NCBI GenBank assembly: GCA_019635535.1
Contig: JAHBZH010000001.1
Coordinates: 1,018,995 to 1,082,994 of the forward strand
DNA length: 64,000 bases
Source of the DNA: Sphingomonas sp.
GTDB taxonomy: Bacteria; Pseudomonadota; Alphaproteobacteria; Sphingomonadales; Sphingomonadaceae
Direction of reading: 5' to 3'
The notes under the pieces are model-generated. The model saw nothing but the letters and a program-made list of their open reading frames with translations. It made no database searches and was not told where the DNA came from. Made by a program: the position numbers and the translations under genes. This document shows positions 7,607-16,760 of the stretch, in pieces (the stretch's first letter is position 1; each line of letters opens with the position of its first letter).

Positions 7607-10600
7607 CTATTCCGCCGCGAGCAGGCGCTCGGCCCCGCCCAGATCGACGCTGACCAGCCGGCTGACGCCCTTCTCCACCATCGTCACGCCGAACAGGCGG
7701 TGCATGCGGCTCATCGTCACGGCATTGTGAGTGACGATGAGGTAACGCGTGTCGGTCTCGCCCGTCATTCGGTCGAGCAGATCGCAGAACCGCTCGATAT
7801 TGGCGTCGTCCAATGGCGCGTCCACCTCGTCGAGGACGCAGATCGGCGCCGGATTGGTGAGGAAGAGCGCGAAGATGAGGGCGATGGCGGTCAATGCCTG
7901 CTCCCCGCCGGACAGCAAAGTGAGGGTGGCGAGGCGCTTGCCGGGTGGCTGCGCCATGATCTCCAGCCCCGCCTCCAGCGGATCGTCCGATTCGACCAGC
8001 TCCAGATGCGCCTGGCCGCCCTCGAACAAAGTGGTGAAGAGGCTGCGGAAATGGCGGTCCACATCCTGGAACGCGGCGAGAAGCCGGGCGCGGCCCTCAC
8101 GGTTGAGGCTGCCGATCGAGCCGCGCAGGCGGTGGATCGCCTGCCCCAGTTCCTCGCGTTCTGCCTGGCTGGCGAGATGGCTCTCCTCCAGCTCGGTGAG
8201 CTCGCTTTCGGCGACGAGATTGACCGGGCCGATCCGCTCGCGCTCCTGATTGGCGCGCTCGAGCCGGGTCGATTCGACCTGGACGACCTCGATCGACTCC
8301 TCCTCGAAGCCGACTCGTTCGGGGAGCAAAGGCGGCGGACATTCGAACTTCTCGCCGGAGATGCGGGCCATTTCGATCCGCCGGGCGTCCTGCGCCTCGG
8401 CGCGGGCGGCGGCGCCGGCGCGCGCCTCGCGGCAGGCGGCTAGCGTCTCGCCGGCCTCGGCCAGTTTGACCTCGGTCTCACGCAGCCTGTCTTCGCCCGC
8501 CCGCTCGTGCGCGGCGGCGGCACGCGCGGCTTCGGCGGCCTCGGCCGATTCGTCGGTCAGCGCGGCGATGCGCTGCTCGAAATCGTCCGGCGCGGCGGCG
8601 AGCGTTTCCGCTTCCTTCTCGGCATCGGCGATGCGGCGGCCGAACTCGGCGTCGCGCTTCTCGGCGTCGCCCGCCCGCGCGCGCCAGTCGGCCTGCTCCT
8701 TCCTGGCCGCCTCGGCGCGCTGTCGGTCGGCGGCGACGCCTCTCGCATGCGTGGCGGCCTCGGCACGCAACTCGGCGAGCGCGGCCTGCGCGGTCTCGGC
8801 GGCGGCGCGCAGCTCGGCCACCTTCACCTCGGTCGCGGCGGCATCGGGCAGGGTGGCCCAGAGCGATTCCGCTTCATCGCGGGCCTTCACCGCGTCGCGC
8901 AGATCGTCCTGTGCGGCCTCGGCACGTTCCTTGAGGCCGACGCGGCGCACGTCGAGCCGCTCGATCTCGACCGTGGCGGCATTCTCCGCCCGGCCAGCCT
9001 CGCGGATCGCCGCACCGGCTTGGGTTTCGCCCCGCCGCGCGGCTTCGGCGGCGGCGCGGGCGGCGTCCATGACCGCCAGCGCCTTTGCGGTGCGCGTTTC
9101 CGCATCTTCCACCGACCTGGCGGCGGCCGGCATGGCCTGCTCAATCTCGGCGAGGCGGTTGACCCGGATCAGCCGCTCGGCGGCGGCGGCGCCGAGGCCG
9201 CTCGCGACATAGCCGTCCCAGCGGCGCAGCTTCCCATCCAGGGTGACGAGGCGCTGGCCCACGGCGAGCGCGATCGTGCCGTCGTCGCTCTCGGTCACGC
9301 CGATCTGGCACAGGCGGCGCAGCAGGGCGGCGGGCGCCTCGACATGGTCGGCGAGCGCGGCGCAGCCGGCGGGCAGCGGCGGATCGCCCGGCAGCGGCGC
9401 GGCCCCGGCCCAGCGGCGCGGTCCGTTCTCGGTCAGCGCGGCATCCAGATCCTCGCCCAATGCGGCGGCGAGTGCGCGCTCATAGCCCGTCGCGGCGCGG
9501 ACATGATTGATCGCCCGGTCGCCGCCGGAGGTCTCGACCGCCTTGATCAGCGCCTTCGCCTCGGACTGTAACGCCGCCAGCGCGGCGCGGGCGGCGGCGG
9601 CTTCGCTTTCGGCGGCGTCGCGCGCTTCGGCGGCCTGCTGCCGTTCGGCTTCGGCCGCCGCGATCGCCGTGCCCGCCTCGGCGAGCCGCGCTTCGGCGGC
9701 TTCGCGGTCGGCGCGGGCCTGAGTCAGCGCCGCGTGCAGCGGCGCGGCATCCCCAAGCGCGGCGACCTGATCGCGGATGCGCTGCGCTTCGCTTTCGGCG
9801 CGGGCGAGTTTCTGTAGCGCCGCGTCCAGCGCGGCCTGCGCCACCCGTGCCTCGGCCTGTTCGGCGGCCTGGACGGCGCGGGCCTGACCCAAGGCGGTTT
9901 CGGCCGCGCGGGCGGCACCCTCCTGCTCGACGGTGCGGATGTCGATCGTGCCGCGCCGGCTTTCGGCATCGGCGAGGCGGGCGGCGATGCTGGTCAACTC
10001 CTCGTCCAGCCGGGCGAGCGCCGTCGCCGCGTCGTCGCGCAATGCCGCCTCGCGTTCGCGGTCGGCGACGAAGGTGCGCTGCCGCGCCGCCAGCTCGTCG
10101 ATCCGGCGCCGGATGCCGTCTTGTTCGGTGCGCAGGGCGGCAAGCTTGTGGGCCAGATCGGAGGCACGCTCACGCGCCGCTTCGGCGGCGCGGCGCTTGT
10201 CGGCGAGCTCGGTGGCGGCCTGGGTCTGCCAGGCGGCGGCGGCGCGCTGCGCCTCGGCCGCGATGCCGACCGCCGCCCCGGCGGCCTGCGCCTCCTGCTT
10301 CGCGGCCTCGGCGGCGGCCGCCGCCTCGCGCCAGCGCGCGAAGATCAGCCGGCCCTCGGCCACGCGGATCTGATCGGACAGCTTGCGGTAGCGTTCGGCG
10401 GCGCGGGCCTGGCGCTTCAGCGCGCTGGCGCGCAGCTCCATGTCGGCCAGCACTCCGTCGAGCCGGACCAGATTGGCCTCGGTCGCGCGCAATTTCTGCT
10501 CGGCATCCTTGCGGCGGACATGGAGGCCGGAGATCCCCGCCGCCTCCTCCAGCATCATCCGCCGCTCGGTCGGCTTGGCGGCGATGACGGCGCTGATCCG

Positions 10601-11047
10601 GCCCTGGCTGACCAGGGCCGGTGAATGGGCGCCGGTCGCGGCGTCCGCGAAGAGCAAGGCGACGTCCTTGGCGCGCACGTCGCGGCCGTTGACCCGATAG
10701 GCGGAGCCCGCGCCGCGCTCGATCCGTCGGGTCACCTCGACCTCGCCGGCCGGGGCGAAACCGGCATCGCCGCCGACATCCCCCTCCTGCCGCTCGACCA
10801 ACAGCGAGACTTCGGCGAAATCGCGCGGCGGCCGGGTCGCGGTGCCGGCGAAGATCACGTCGTCCATCCCCGCGCCGCGCATCGATTTGGGCGAGCTTTC
10901 GCCCATCACCCAACGGATCGCCTCCAGCACGTTGGACTTGCCGCAGCCATTGGGGCCGACCACGCCGGTCAGGCCGGGCTCGACGATCAGCTCGGCCGGC
11001 TCGACGAAGCTCTTGAATCCCGAAAGCTTGAGGCGTTTTACCTGCAA
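7607..11047 (-). CDS. smc: Chromosome segregation protein SMC
   Basis: GFKSF, GPNGCGKSN Walker A, long coiled coil, LSGGE signature, LDEVDAPLD. Confidence 0.97.
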   Translation of the reverse strand: MQVKRLKLSGFKSFVEPAELIVEPGLTGVVGPNGCGKSNVLEAIRWVMGESSPKSMRGAGMDDVIFAGTATRPPRDFAEVSLLVERQEGDVGGDAGFAPAGEVEVTRRIERGAGSAYRVNGRDVRAKDVALLFADAATGAHSPALVSQGRISAVIAAKPTERRMMLEEAAGISGLHVRRKDAEQKLRATEANLVRLDGVLADMELRASALKRQARAAERYRKLSDQIRVAEGRLIFARWREAAAAAEAAKQEAQAAGAAVGIAAEAQRAAAAWQTQAATELADKRRAAEAARERASDLAHKLAALRTEQDGIRRRIDELAARQRTFVADREREAALRDDAATALARLDEELTSIAARLADAESRRGTIDIRTVEQEGAARAAETALGQARAVQAAEQAEARVAQAALDAALQKLARAESEAQRIRDQVAALGDAAPLHAALTQARADREAAEARLAEAGTAIAAAEAERQQAAEARDAAESEAAAARAALAALQSEAKALIKAVETSGGDRAINHVRAATGYERALAAALGEDLDAALTENGPRRWAGAAPLPGDPPLPAGCAALADHVEAPAALLRRLCQIGVTESDDGTIALAVGQRLVTLDGKLRRWDGYVASGLGAAAAERLIRVNRLAEIEQAMPAAARSVEDAETRTAKALAVMDAARAAAEAARRGETQAGAAIREAGRAENAATVEIERLDVRRVGLKERAEAAQDDLRDAVKARDEAESLWATLPDAAATEVKVAELRAAAETAQAALAELRAEAATHARGVAADRQRAEAARKEQADWRARAGDAEKRDAEFGRRIADAEKEAETLAAAPDDFEQRIAALTDESAEAAEAARAAAAHERAGEDRLRETEVKLAEAGETLAACREARAGAAARAEAQDARRIEMARISGEKFECPPPLLPERVGFEEESIEVVQVESTRLERANQERERIGPVNLVAESELTELEESHLASQAEREELGQAIHRLRGSIGSLNREGRARLLAAFQDVDRHFRSLFTTLFEGGQAHLELVESDDPLEAGLEIMAQPPGKRLATLTLLSGGEQALTAIALIFALFLTNPAPICVLDEVDAPLDDANIERFCDLLDRMTGETDTRYLIVTHNAVTMSRMHRLFGVTMVEKGVSRLVSVDLGGAERLLAAE

Positions 11048-11066
11048 CGCGATCCCCCGGGGCGCA

Positions 11067-11771
11067 TCACCGCGCGGTTCTCAACAGCGGTTCGAGCGAG
11101 GCCCAGTCATGGACGCTGCCGGCCAGCCTGCCGTTGATCGCGAAGCTGGGCGTACCCTGGACACCGAAACTGGAACCGGCGCGCTGCATCTCGACGATCC
11201 GCTCTAGCCCGGCCTGGTCGGCGAGACAGGCCCGCGCCCGCGCGGCATCGACGCCGTGGCGCGCGGCGATGTCGTCGAGTCCGGCAATCTCGACCACGCG
11301 GCGCATCGTCTCCAGCGGCGCCAGTCCCTCCATTGCCCGGCGCTGTTCGGCCGGCATCGCCGTAATCCGGCCCATCCATTGCTGCTGGCTGGCGAGGATG
11401 GCGTGATTGAGCGCGAAATAGTTTTCCGGCGCGGCGCAGCGGCTGACGAAGGCAGCGGCGAGATCGAGCCCGTTCAGCACGAAATTGCGATATTCGAAGC
11501 TGACCCGGCCGGACCGGACATAGGCGTCGATCAGCCGGGGCGCGCCCGTGGCGGCGAAATCGGCGCAATGCGAACAGGTCAGCGAAAAATATTCGACCAG
11601 CTTCACCGGCGCCTGCGGATTGCCCATCCGGAAGCCGCCTTCCGGCGTCATGACGATCACCCGGCTCCAGTCGCGCTGCGCTTGCGCCAAGGCGGGCGCG
11701 GCGGCCGGTGGCGCGGTCAGAACGAGACCGCCGATCACGGCAAGCAGCGCGGCCGGCAGCCGGGCCATCAT
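11067..11771 (-). CDS. DsbA/thioredoxin-fold protein
   Basis: MGNPQAPVKLVEYFSLTCSHC; GTPSF cis-Pro loop. Confidence 0.85.
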   Translation of the reverse strand: MMARLPAALLAVIGGLVLTAPPAAAPALAQAQRDWSRVIVMTPEGGFRMGNPQAPVKLVEYFSLTCSHCADFAATGAPRLIDAYVRSGRVSFEYRNFVLNGLDLAAAFVSRCAAPENYFALNHAILASQQQWMGRITAMPAEQRRAMEGLAPLETMRRVVEIAGLDDIAARHGVDAARARACLADQAGLERIVEMQRAGSSFGVQGTPSFAINGRLAGSVHDWASLEPLLRTAR

Positions 11772-11772
11772 G

Positions 11773-12516
11773 TCAGCCGCCGATCGCCGCGCGCAGCCGC
11801 GGCTCCAGCGAACGCCAGTCGGACACGTCCTGACGCTGTCCGTTGATGAAAAAGGTCGGCGTGCCCTGCACCTGTTCCTGAGTCACCGCCCGGTTGGTGC
11901 CGTCGGACAGGCGCTGCATGTTCTGTGGATCGGCGATACAGGCGCTGAACCGCGACTCCGGCATGCCGCGCCGGGCGAAGAAGGTGTCGAGATCCATGGC
12001 ACGGGCGAGCGGCGCGATCATCTGCTCCGGCGGCAGGGCATTGAGCTGCTGCGCTTCCTGCTCATCGACCGCGCCCAGCAATTCCCGCTGCTGCGCGAAG
12101 AGCTGTTCGACGGTACGGAAATAGGCTGGCAGCGGCTGGCAGCGGACGAGCACCGAAATGGCTGCGTCATAGGGGTTGAGCAGGAAATGGCGGAACTCCC
12201 AGCTCACCTGGCCGGAGCGGATATAGGTGTCGCGCAGCGTCGTCGAAGCCTGATCGGAGAAGGCTTTGCAGGCCGGGCATGTCATCGAGGCATATTCGAC
12301 CAGCTTCACCGGCGCGTCGGGATTGCCCATGCGGATGCCCCCTTCGGGCGTCTCGCTCACCGTTTCGGTCCAATCGCCGTTGTTCGGCGCCGCGATCTGG
12401 GTCAGCGGGGCGCCGCCATTGCCGGACGTGGCGTTGACATCGCCGCCGCCGCTGTCGCCGCAACCGGCGAGCGTGAGGGCGAGGGCGGCCAGGCTGGCGC
12501 CGATCTTGATCTTCAT
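11773..12516 (-). CDS. DsbA/thioredoxin-fold lipoprotein
   Basis: Lipobox LAGC; VEYASMTCPAC; GTPTFFING. Confidence 0.85.
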   Translation of the reverse strand: MKIKIGASLAALALTLAGCGDSGGGDVNATSGNGGAPLTQIAAPNNGDWTETVSETPEGGIRMGNPDAPVKLVEYASMTCPACKAFSDQASTTLRDTYIRSGQVSWEFRHFLLNPYDAAISVLVRCQPLPAYFRTVEQLFAQQRELLGAVDEQEAQQLNALPPEQMIAPLARAMDLDTFFARRGMPESRFSACIADPQNMQRLSDGTNRAVTQEQVQGTPTFFINGQRQDVSDWRSLEPRLRAAIGG

Positions 12517-13094
12517 GTCTTTTTCTCTCCACCAATTCTGCCGACGACCGGGATCGCCGTGACGACCGGCGTTCCATCGCCGGACGTAAGCCCGCGCGCA
12601 AGCGATTCGAGGCAGGCGCGCAGCTCCGGATCGGCGACCGCGCGCAGGGATTCGCCCATCTCCACAGATATCGGCCGCAGCGAGGGCGATGCCTTGCGCG
12701 GCTTCGCCTGTTCGGCGCGGACAATGCCCTGGCGGAAGCTGATCCGTGCCACGGCCGCATAGCCGAAGAAGCGGTTGACCCGTTCGGCGATCGCCGGCGC
12801 GACATGCTGGATCATCGGCGCATGGGCGCCTTCCACCACCAGGGTCAGCACGCCTTCGCTTTTCCTGCCGGGCGGGAAGCGGATCGATTCGGGCGCGGAG
12901 ACGGCGGCATAACGCGGTCCCACGATCTCGCGCCAGCGGCTGACGATCGAGGACTGGACGAAGCCGAAGCGGCGAAAGGCCGCGCCGCCCACTTCGGGCA
13001 CGAGATCGCTGACCGCGCGCATGCGCCGCGCGCGCTCGGGCGGCGCCGATGATTTCCTGCGCGTTCCGGCCGGTTTCGTCATCGCGCGAAGCAT
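12513..13094 (-). CDS. dciA: DUF721/DciA family protein (alternative start 13082)
   Basis: RRFGF...W..IVG, L.V.GA.APMIQH, RVNRFFGY; usual position between mutY and dsbA-smc. Confidence 0.75.
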   Translation of the reverse strand: MLRAMTKPAGTRRKSSAPPERARRMRAVSDLVPEVGGAAFRRFGFVQSSIVSRWREIVGPRYAAVSAPESIRFPPGRKSEGVLTLVVEGAHAPMIQHVAPAIAERVNRFFGYAAVARISFRQGIVRAEQAKPRKASPSLRPISVEMGESLRAVADPELRACLESLARGLTSGDGTPVVTAIPVVGRIGGEKKT

Positions 13095-13108
13095 GGCATA
13101 GCCGCCCC

Positions 13109-14146
13109 ATGCCCGTCGATGCCTCGCAGGCGCTTTTGTGTTGGTATGCTGTGGATAAGCGACGCCTGCCCTGGCGCGCCGAACCCGGCGATACGCCCGA
13201 TCCCTATCGGGTCTGGCTGTCCGAGATCATGCTCCAGCAGACCACGGTCGCGGCGGTGAAGCCTTATTTCGAACGGTTCACGACGCGCTGGCCCAGTGTC
13301 GTGGCGCTGGCCGCCGAGGAGGACGACGAGGTCATGCGGGCCTGGGCGGGGCTCGGCTACTATGCCCGCGCGCGCAACCTGCTCGCCTGCGCCCGCGCGA
13401 TCGTCGCCGATCATGGCGGGCGTTTCCCCAACGATGAGGCTGCGCTGCTCAACCTGCCCGGCATCGGCCCCTATACCGCCGCCGCGATCGTGGCGATCGC
13501 CTTCGGGCGGCGCGCGGTCGCGGTGGACGGCAATGTCGAGCGGGTGGTGGCGCGGCTGTTCACGGTGGCTGAGCCGCTGCCCGGCGCGCGCGCGCATATC
13601 AGGGCGCTGGCTGACAGCCTCGTGCCGGACGAAGGCGCGGGCGATTTCGCGCAGGCGATGATGGATCTGGGCTCGGCGATCTGCACCCCGCGCAATCCCG
13701 ATTGCCCGCATTGCCCGCTGCAAAGCTATTGCGCGGCGGCGCGGACGGGCGATCCGACGCGCTGGCCGATGAAGGCGCCGAAGGCCGCCAAGCCGAAGCG
13801 CGACGGCCTGGCCTATTGGCTGGAGCATGACGGCGCGGTGCGGCTGGTGCGCCGGCCCGGCAAGGGGCTGCTCGGCGGGATGTTCGCCTTGCCCGAAGCG
13901 CCGCCTATGCCGGCCGACTGGTGCGAGGCCGGGTCGGTTGACCATGTCTTCACCCATTTCGCGCTCAACATGAAGCTGCTGTGCGCGCGGGCCGAACGTC
14001 GCGACGACGGGCTGTGGTGGCCGGTCGAGAGGATCGGCGAAGCAGGCCTGCCCACTTTGTTCGCCAAGCTGGCCGCCCGGGGCGTTGCGTGGCGGGAAAG
14101 CGGGCAGCCGGCCCGGCGTGGGAGAATGAAGGAGACCGTATCTTGA
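13109..14146 (+). CDS. mutY: A/G-specific adenine glycosylase
   Basis: LPWR, SEIMLQQT, GLGYYARARNL, HhH LPGIGPYTA, VDGNV, CTPRNPDCPHCPLQSYC Fe-S motif. Confidence 0.93.
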   Translation: MPVDASQALLCWYAVDKRRLPWRAEPGDTPDPYRVWLSEIMLQQTTVAAVKPYFERFTTRWPSVVALAAEEDDEVMRAWAGLGYYARARNLLACARAIVADHGGRFPNDEAALLNLPGIGPYTAAAIVAIAFGRRAVAVDGNVERVVARLFTVAEPLPGARAHIRALADSLVPDEGAGDFAQAMMDLGSAICTPRNPDCPHCPLQSYCAAARTGDPTRWPMKAPKAAKPKRDGLAYWLEHDGAVRLVRRPGKGLLGGMFALPEAPPMPADWCEAGSVDHVFTHFALNMKLLCARAERRDDGLWWPVERIGEAGLPTLFAKLAARGVAWRESGQPARRGRMKETVS

Positions 14147-14985
14147 ACCTGCGCCTTTCGGGCCTGGCCGCCATTTTCATGCTGCTGCTGGGCCCGCCGC
14201 TCGCCGCTCAGGCGCCGGCCGCCACGGCCGAGATCGCCTATGGCGCCGATCCGCGCCAGCGGCTTGATTATACGCGGATCGAGGGACGGGACGCGCCGCT
14301 GGTGCTGTTCGTCCATGGTGGCGGCTGGCGGCGCGGTGACAAGAATCTGGCGGTGCATATGGCCGCGCATTTCCATGAGCAGGGCTATGCCTTTGCGACG
14401 ATCAACTACCGGCTGGTGCCGGACGCGACGGTGGACGGGCAGGCCGCGGATGTCGCATCCGCCATCGCGCGACTACGCCGCGAGCCGGGCGTCGATCCGC
14501 GTCGCATCCTGCTGATCGGCCACAGCGCCGGCGCCCATCTCGTCGCTCTGGTCGGCACCGATCCCGCCTATCTCGGCGCGCACCGGATCGCGCTTTCGGA
14601 TCTGGCCGGTATCGTTCCGCTCGACGGTGCGGGCTATGATGTGCCCCGCCAGATCGCCCAGAGCGGACCGCTGCTGCGCCACCTCTACCGCAACGCCTTT
14701 GGCGACGATCCGGAATTTCAGCGCCGTGTGTCCCCCATCGCCCATGCCGCCGCGCCCAACGCGCCGCGCTTCCTGATCCTCCACATCGCCAGCCGGCCGG
14801 ACGATTCCGGCGCGCAATCGGAAGCGCTCGCCGCAGCGCTGCGGACGGCAGGGACGCCGGCGGAGGTGGCGAGCGTCCCGGGCAGCCATTCCGACATCTT
14901 CCGCAATTTCGGCCGGCCCGGCCATGAAGCGACGGCGCTGGTCGACGCCTTCGCCGCCGACCTTTTCGCGACGGAAGCGCGCTGA
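14143..14985 (+). CDS. Alpha/beta hydrolase (esterase-like), exported
   Basis: HGGGW, GHSAG; TTG start overlapping the mutY stop. Confidence 0.85.
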   Translation: MNLRLSGLAAIFMLLLGPPLAAQAPAATAEIAYGADPRQRLDYTRIEGRDAPLVLFVHGGGWRRGDKNLAVHMAAHFHEQGYAFATINYRLVPDATVDGQAADVASAIARLRREPGVDPRRILLIGHSAGAHLVALVGTDPAYLGAHRIALSDLAGIVPLDGAGYDVPRQIAQSGPLLRHLYRNAFGDDPEFQRRVSPIAHAAAPNAPRFLILHIASRPDDSGAQSEALAAALRTAGTPAEVASVPGSHSDIFRNFGRPGHEATALVDAFAADLFATEAR

Positions 14986-14986
14986 C

Positions 14987-15871
14987 ATGGCCGAACCCGG
15001 CTTCACCGGCGCCAGCCTCGATCGCGCCGATCATCTGCGGCTCGATGCCGAGCGGATGGCCGACATGATGGCCAATGGCGACGCGCGGCTGCTCGATCTC
15101 GCCGAGCTGGACCCGGTGCTCGAGCCGGAGGGGACGCTGCACTGGACGAGCTTCGCCGAGGCGCATGTCGATGAGACGATCTTCCTGGGCATTCGCGACG
15201 GGGTGCCGCTGTTCGCGCCGCTGGTGCGCACGCGGGCGCTCGGCCGCCGCTCATGGAATGTGATGCGGCTGATCGACCGGATGAGCCCGCGCGACGCGGC
15301 GATCTGGGGCGCGGCGCGCAGCCTCAACGAATGGCACAACAAGCATCGTTTCTGCGGCGTCTGCGGCACGGCGACGGAGACGTTCCGGGCGGGATGGGGA
15401 CGGCAATGCCCGAGCTGCGGCGCGGAGCATTTCCCGCGCGTCGATCCGGTCGTCATCATGCTCGCCGAACATGACGGCCGCGTGCTGGTCGCCCGGCAGC
15501 ATCAATATCCGCCCGGCCGCTATTCCGCGCTGGCCGGCTTCGTCGAACCGGGTGAATCGATCGAGGAGGCGGTGGCGCGCGAATTGATGGAGGAGGCTGG
15601 GCTCGCCGTGCGCGACGTCGCCTATGTCGCCAGCCAGCCCTGGCCCTTTCCCGGCTCGCTGATGATCGCCTGTCTGGCCAAGGCGGACACGGACGCTATC
15701 GTGCTTGAGTCGAACGAGCTGGAGGACGGTTTCTGGGTCGATCGCGCGGGAGTGCGGGCCGCGCTGGCGGGAGCGCCCGACGCGCCGTTCCAGGCACCAC
15801 CGCCTTTCGCCATTGCCAATACTTTGCTGACCCGCTGGGTCGAGGGGCGGGAAGAGGGAGAACGGGGATGA
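14987..15871 (+). CDS. nudC: NAD(+) diphosphatase
   Basis: FCGVCG...CPSC zinc ribbon, FPRVDP, Nudix box GESIEEAVARELMEE, SQPWPFP. Confidence 0.9.
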   Translation: MAEPGFTGASLDRADHLRLDAERMADMMANGDARLLDLAELDPVLEPEGTLHWTSFAEAHVDETIFLGIRDGVPLFAPLVRTRALGRRSWNVMRLIDRMSPRDAAIWGAARSLNEWHNKHRFCGVCGTATETFRAGWGRQCPSCGAEHFPRVDPVVIMLAEHDGRVLVARQHQYPPGRYSALAGFVEPGESIEEAVARELMEEAGLAVRDVAYVASQPWPFPGSLMIACLAKADTDAIVLESNELEDGFWVDRAGVRAALAGAPDAPFQAPPPFAIANTLLTRWVEGREEGERG

Positions 15872-16329
15872 AGGCTTTGGGGATCGGCGCGACCGCGCTG
15901 TTGCTCGCCGCTTGCGCGACCAATTCGCAGAATCAGCGCGCCGAACTGGCGGTGACGCTGACGGGCCTGCAGGAAGTGCCGGGACCGGGCGACACGGACG
16001 GTACGGGTACCGCCTTGATTCGCGTCAATCCCGGCGAAGGCCAATTGTGCTGGGATCTCTATGCCCGCCAGATCGGCCCGGCCACGGCTGCCCATATCCA
16101 TCGCGGCGCGGCAGGTTCGGCGGGGCCGCCGGTGGTGACGCTGGCCACGCCCGACGCCGCCGGGCGGAGCCAGGGCTGCGTCGCGATCGAACAGGGGCTG
16201 GCGCGCGAGATCGCGTGGCGCGGTCACGAATTCTATGTGAACGTCCACAATGCCGAATATCCGGCCGGCGCGATCCGCGGCCAGCTGCGCGGCGGCGCGA
16301 TCAGGTCGCAACGCCAGCGGGACCGCTAG
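15868..16329 (+). CDS. CHRD domain lipoprotein
   Basis: Lipobox LAAC; AHIHRG, YVNVH, GAIRGQL. Confidence 0.85.
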   Translation: MKALGIGATALLLAACATNSQNQRAELAVTLTGLQEVPGPGDTDGTGTALIRVNPGEGQLCWDLYARQIGPATAAHIHRGAAGSAGPPVVTLATPDAAGRSQGCVAIEQGLAREIAWRGHEFYVNVHNAEYPAGAIRGQLRGGAIRSQRQRDR

Positions 16330-16711
16330 GCTTCCGGGGCTTCTGCTTTTTCTTCGGCGCAGCTGGTGTCGCCACCGGCGCGGCATCGACGGTGACGTTC
16401 GTGCGCTGCAGCCCTTCCTCGAGCCCCTCGAGAAAGCGTCGCAGGCCGTCGATCGCGGCGGCGCGCAGCGTCTCGCCCAGATGCTCCGCGTCGATGCTGA
16501 TCCGCGCGCCGAACTGCCGCGCGTCCTCGCGCGCCTCGGCCGAAGCTTCGCGCGCGGCGCGCTGGCCCCGCGCGGCGGTCGCGGCCGCCGCCTGGGCGAA
16601 GGCGCGGAACGAATCGCTCTCCGCCATCTTCACCACCTTCTTCGCCCGCTTGCGGACCTTCTTCGGGATTTCGATGCCGCCGACGCGCTTGGGAATCCGG
16701 ACCTTGGCCAT
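16301..16711 (-). CDS. Basic hypothetical protein
   Basis: ORF with strong RBS AAGGAG; N-terminal KVRIPKRVGGIEIPKK. Confidence 0.6.
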   Translation of the reverse strand: MAKVRIPKRVGGIEIPKKVRKRAKKVVKMAESDSFRAFAQAAAATAARGQRAAREASAEAREDARQFGARISIDAEHLGETLRAAAIDGLRRFLEGLEEGLQRTNVTVDAAPVATPAAPKKKQKPRKPSGPAGVAT

Positions 16712-16715
16712 GAGT

Positions 16716-16757
16716 CGATCTCCTTGTGTATTATTCACATAATACACAAGGAGATCG
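16716..16757. repeat. Perfect 19-bp inverted repeat with a 4-nt loop covering an RBS
   Basis: CGATCTCCTTGTGTATTAT-TCAC-ATAATACACAAGGAGATCG. Confidence 0.9.
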
Positions 16758-16760
16758 GTT

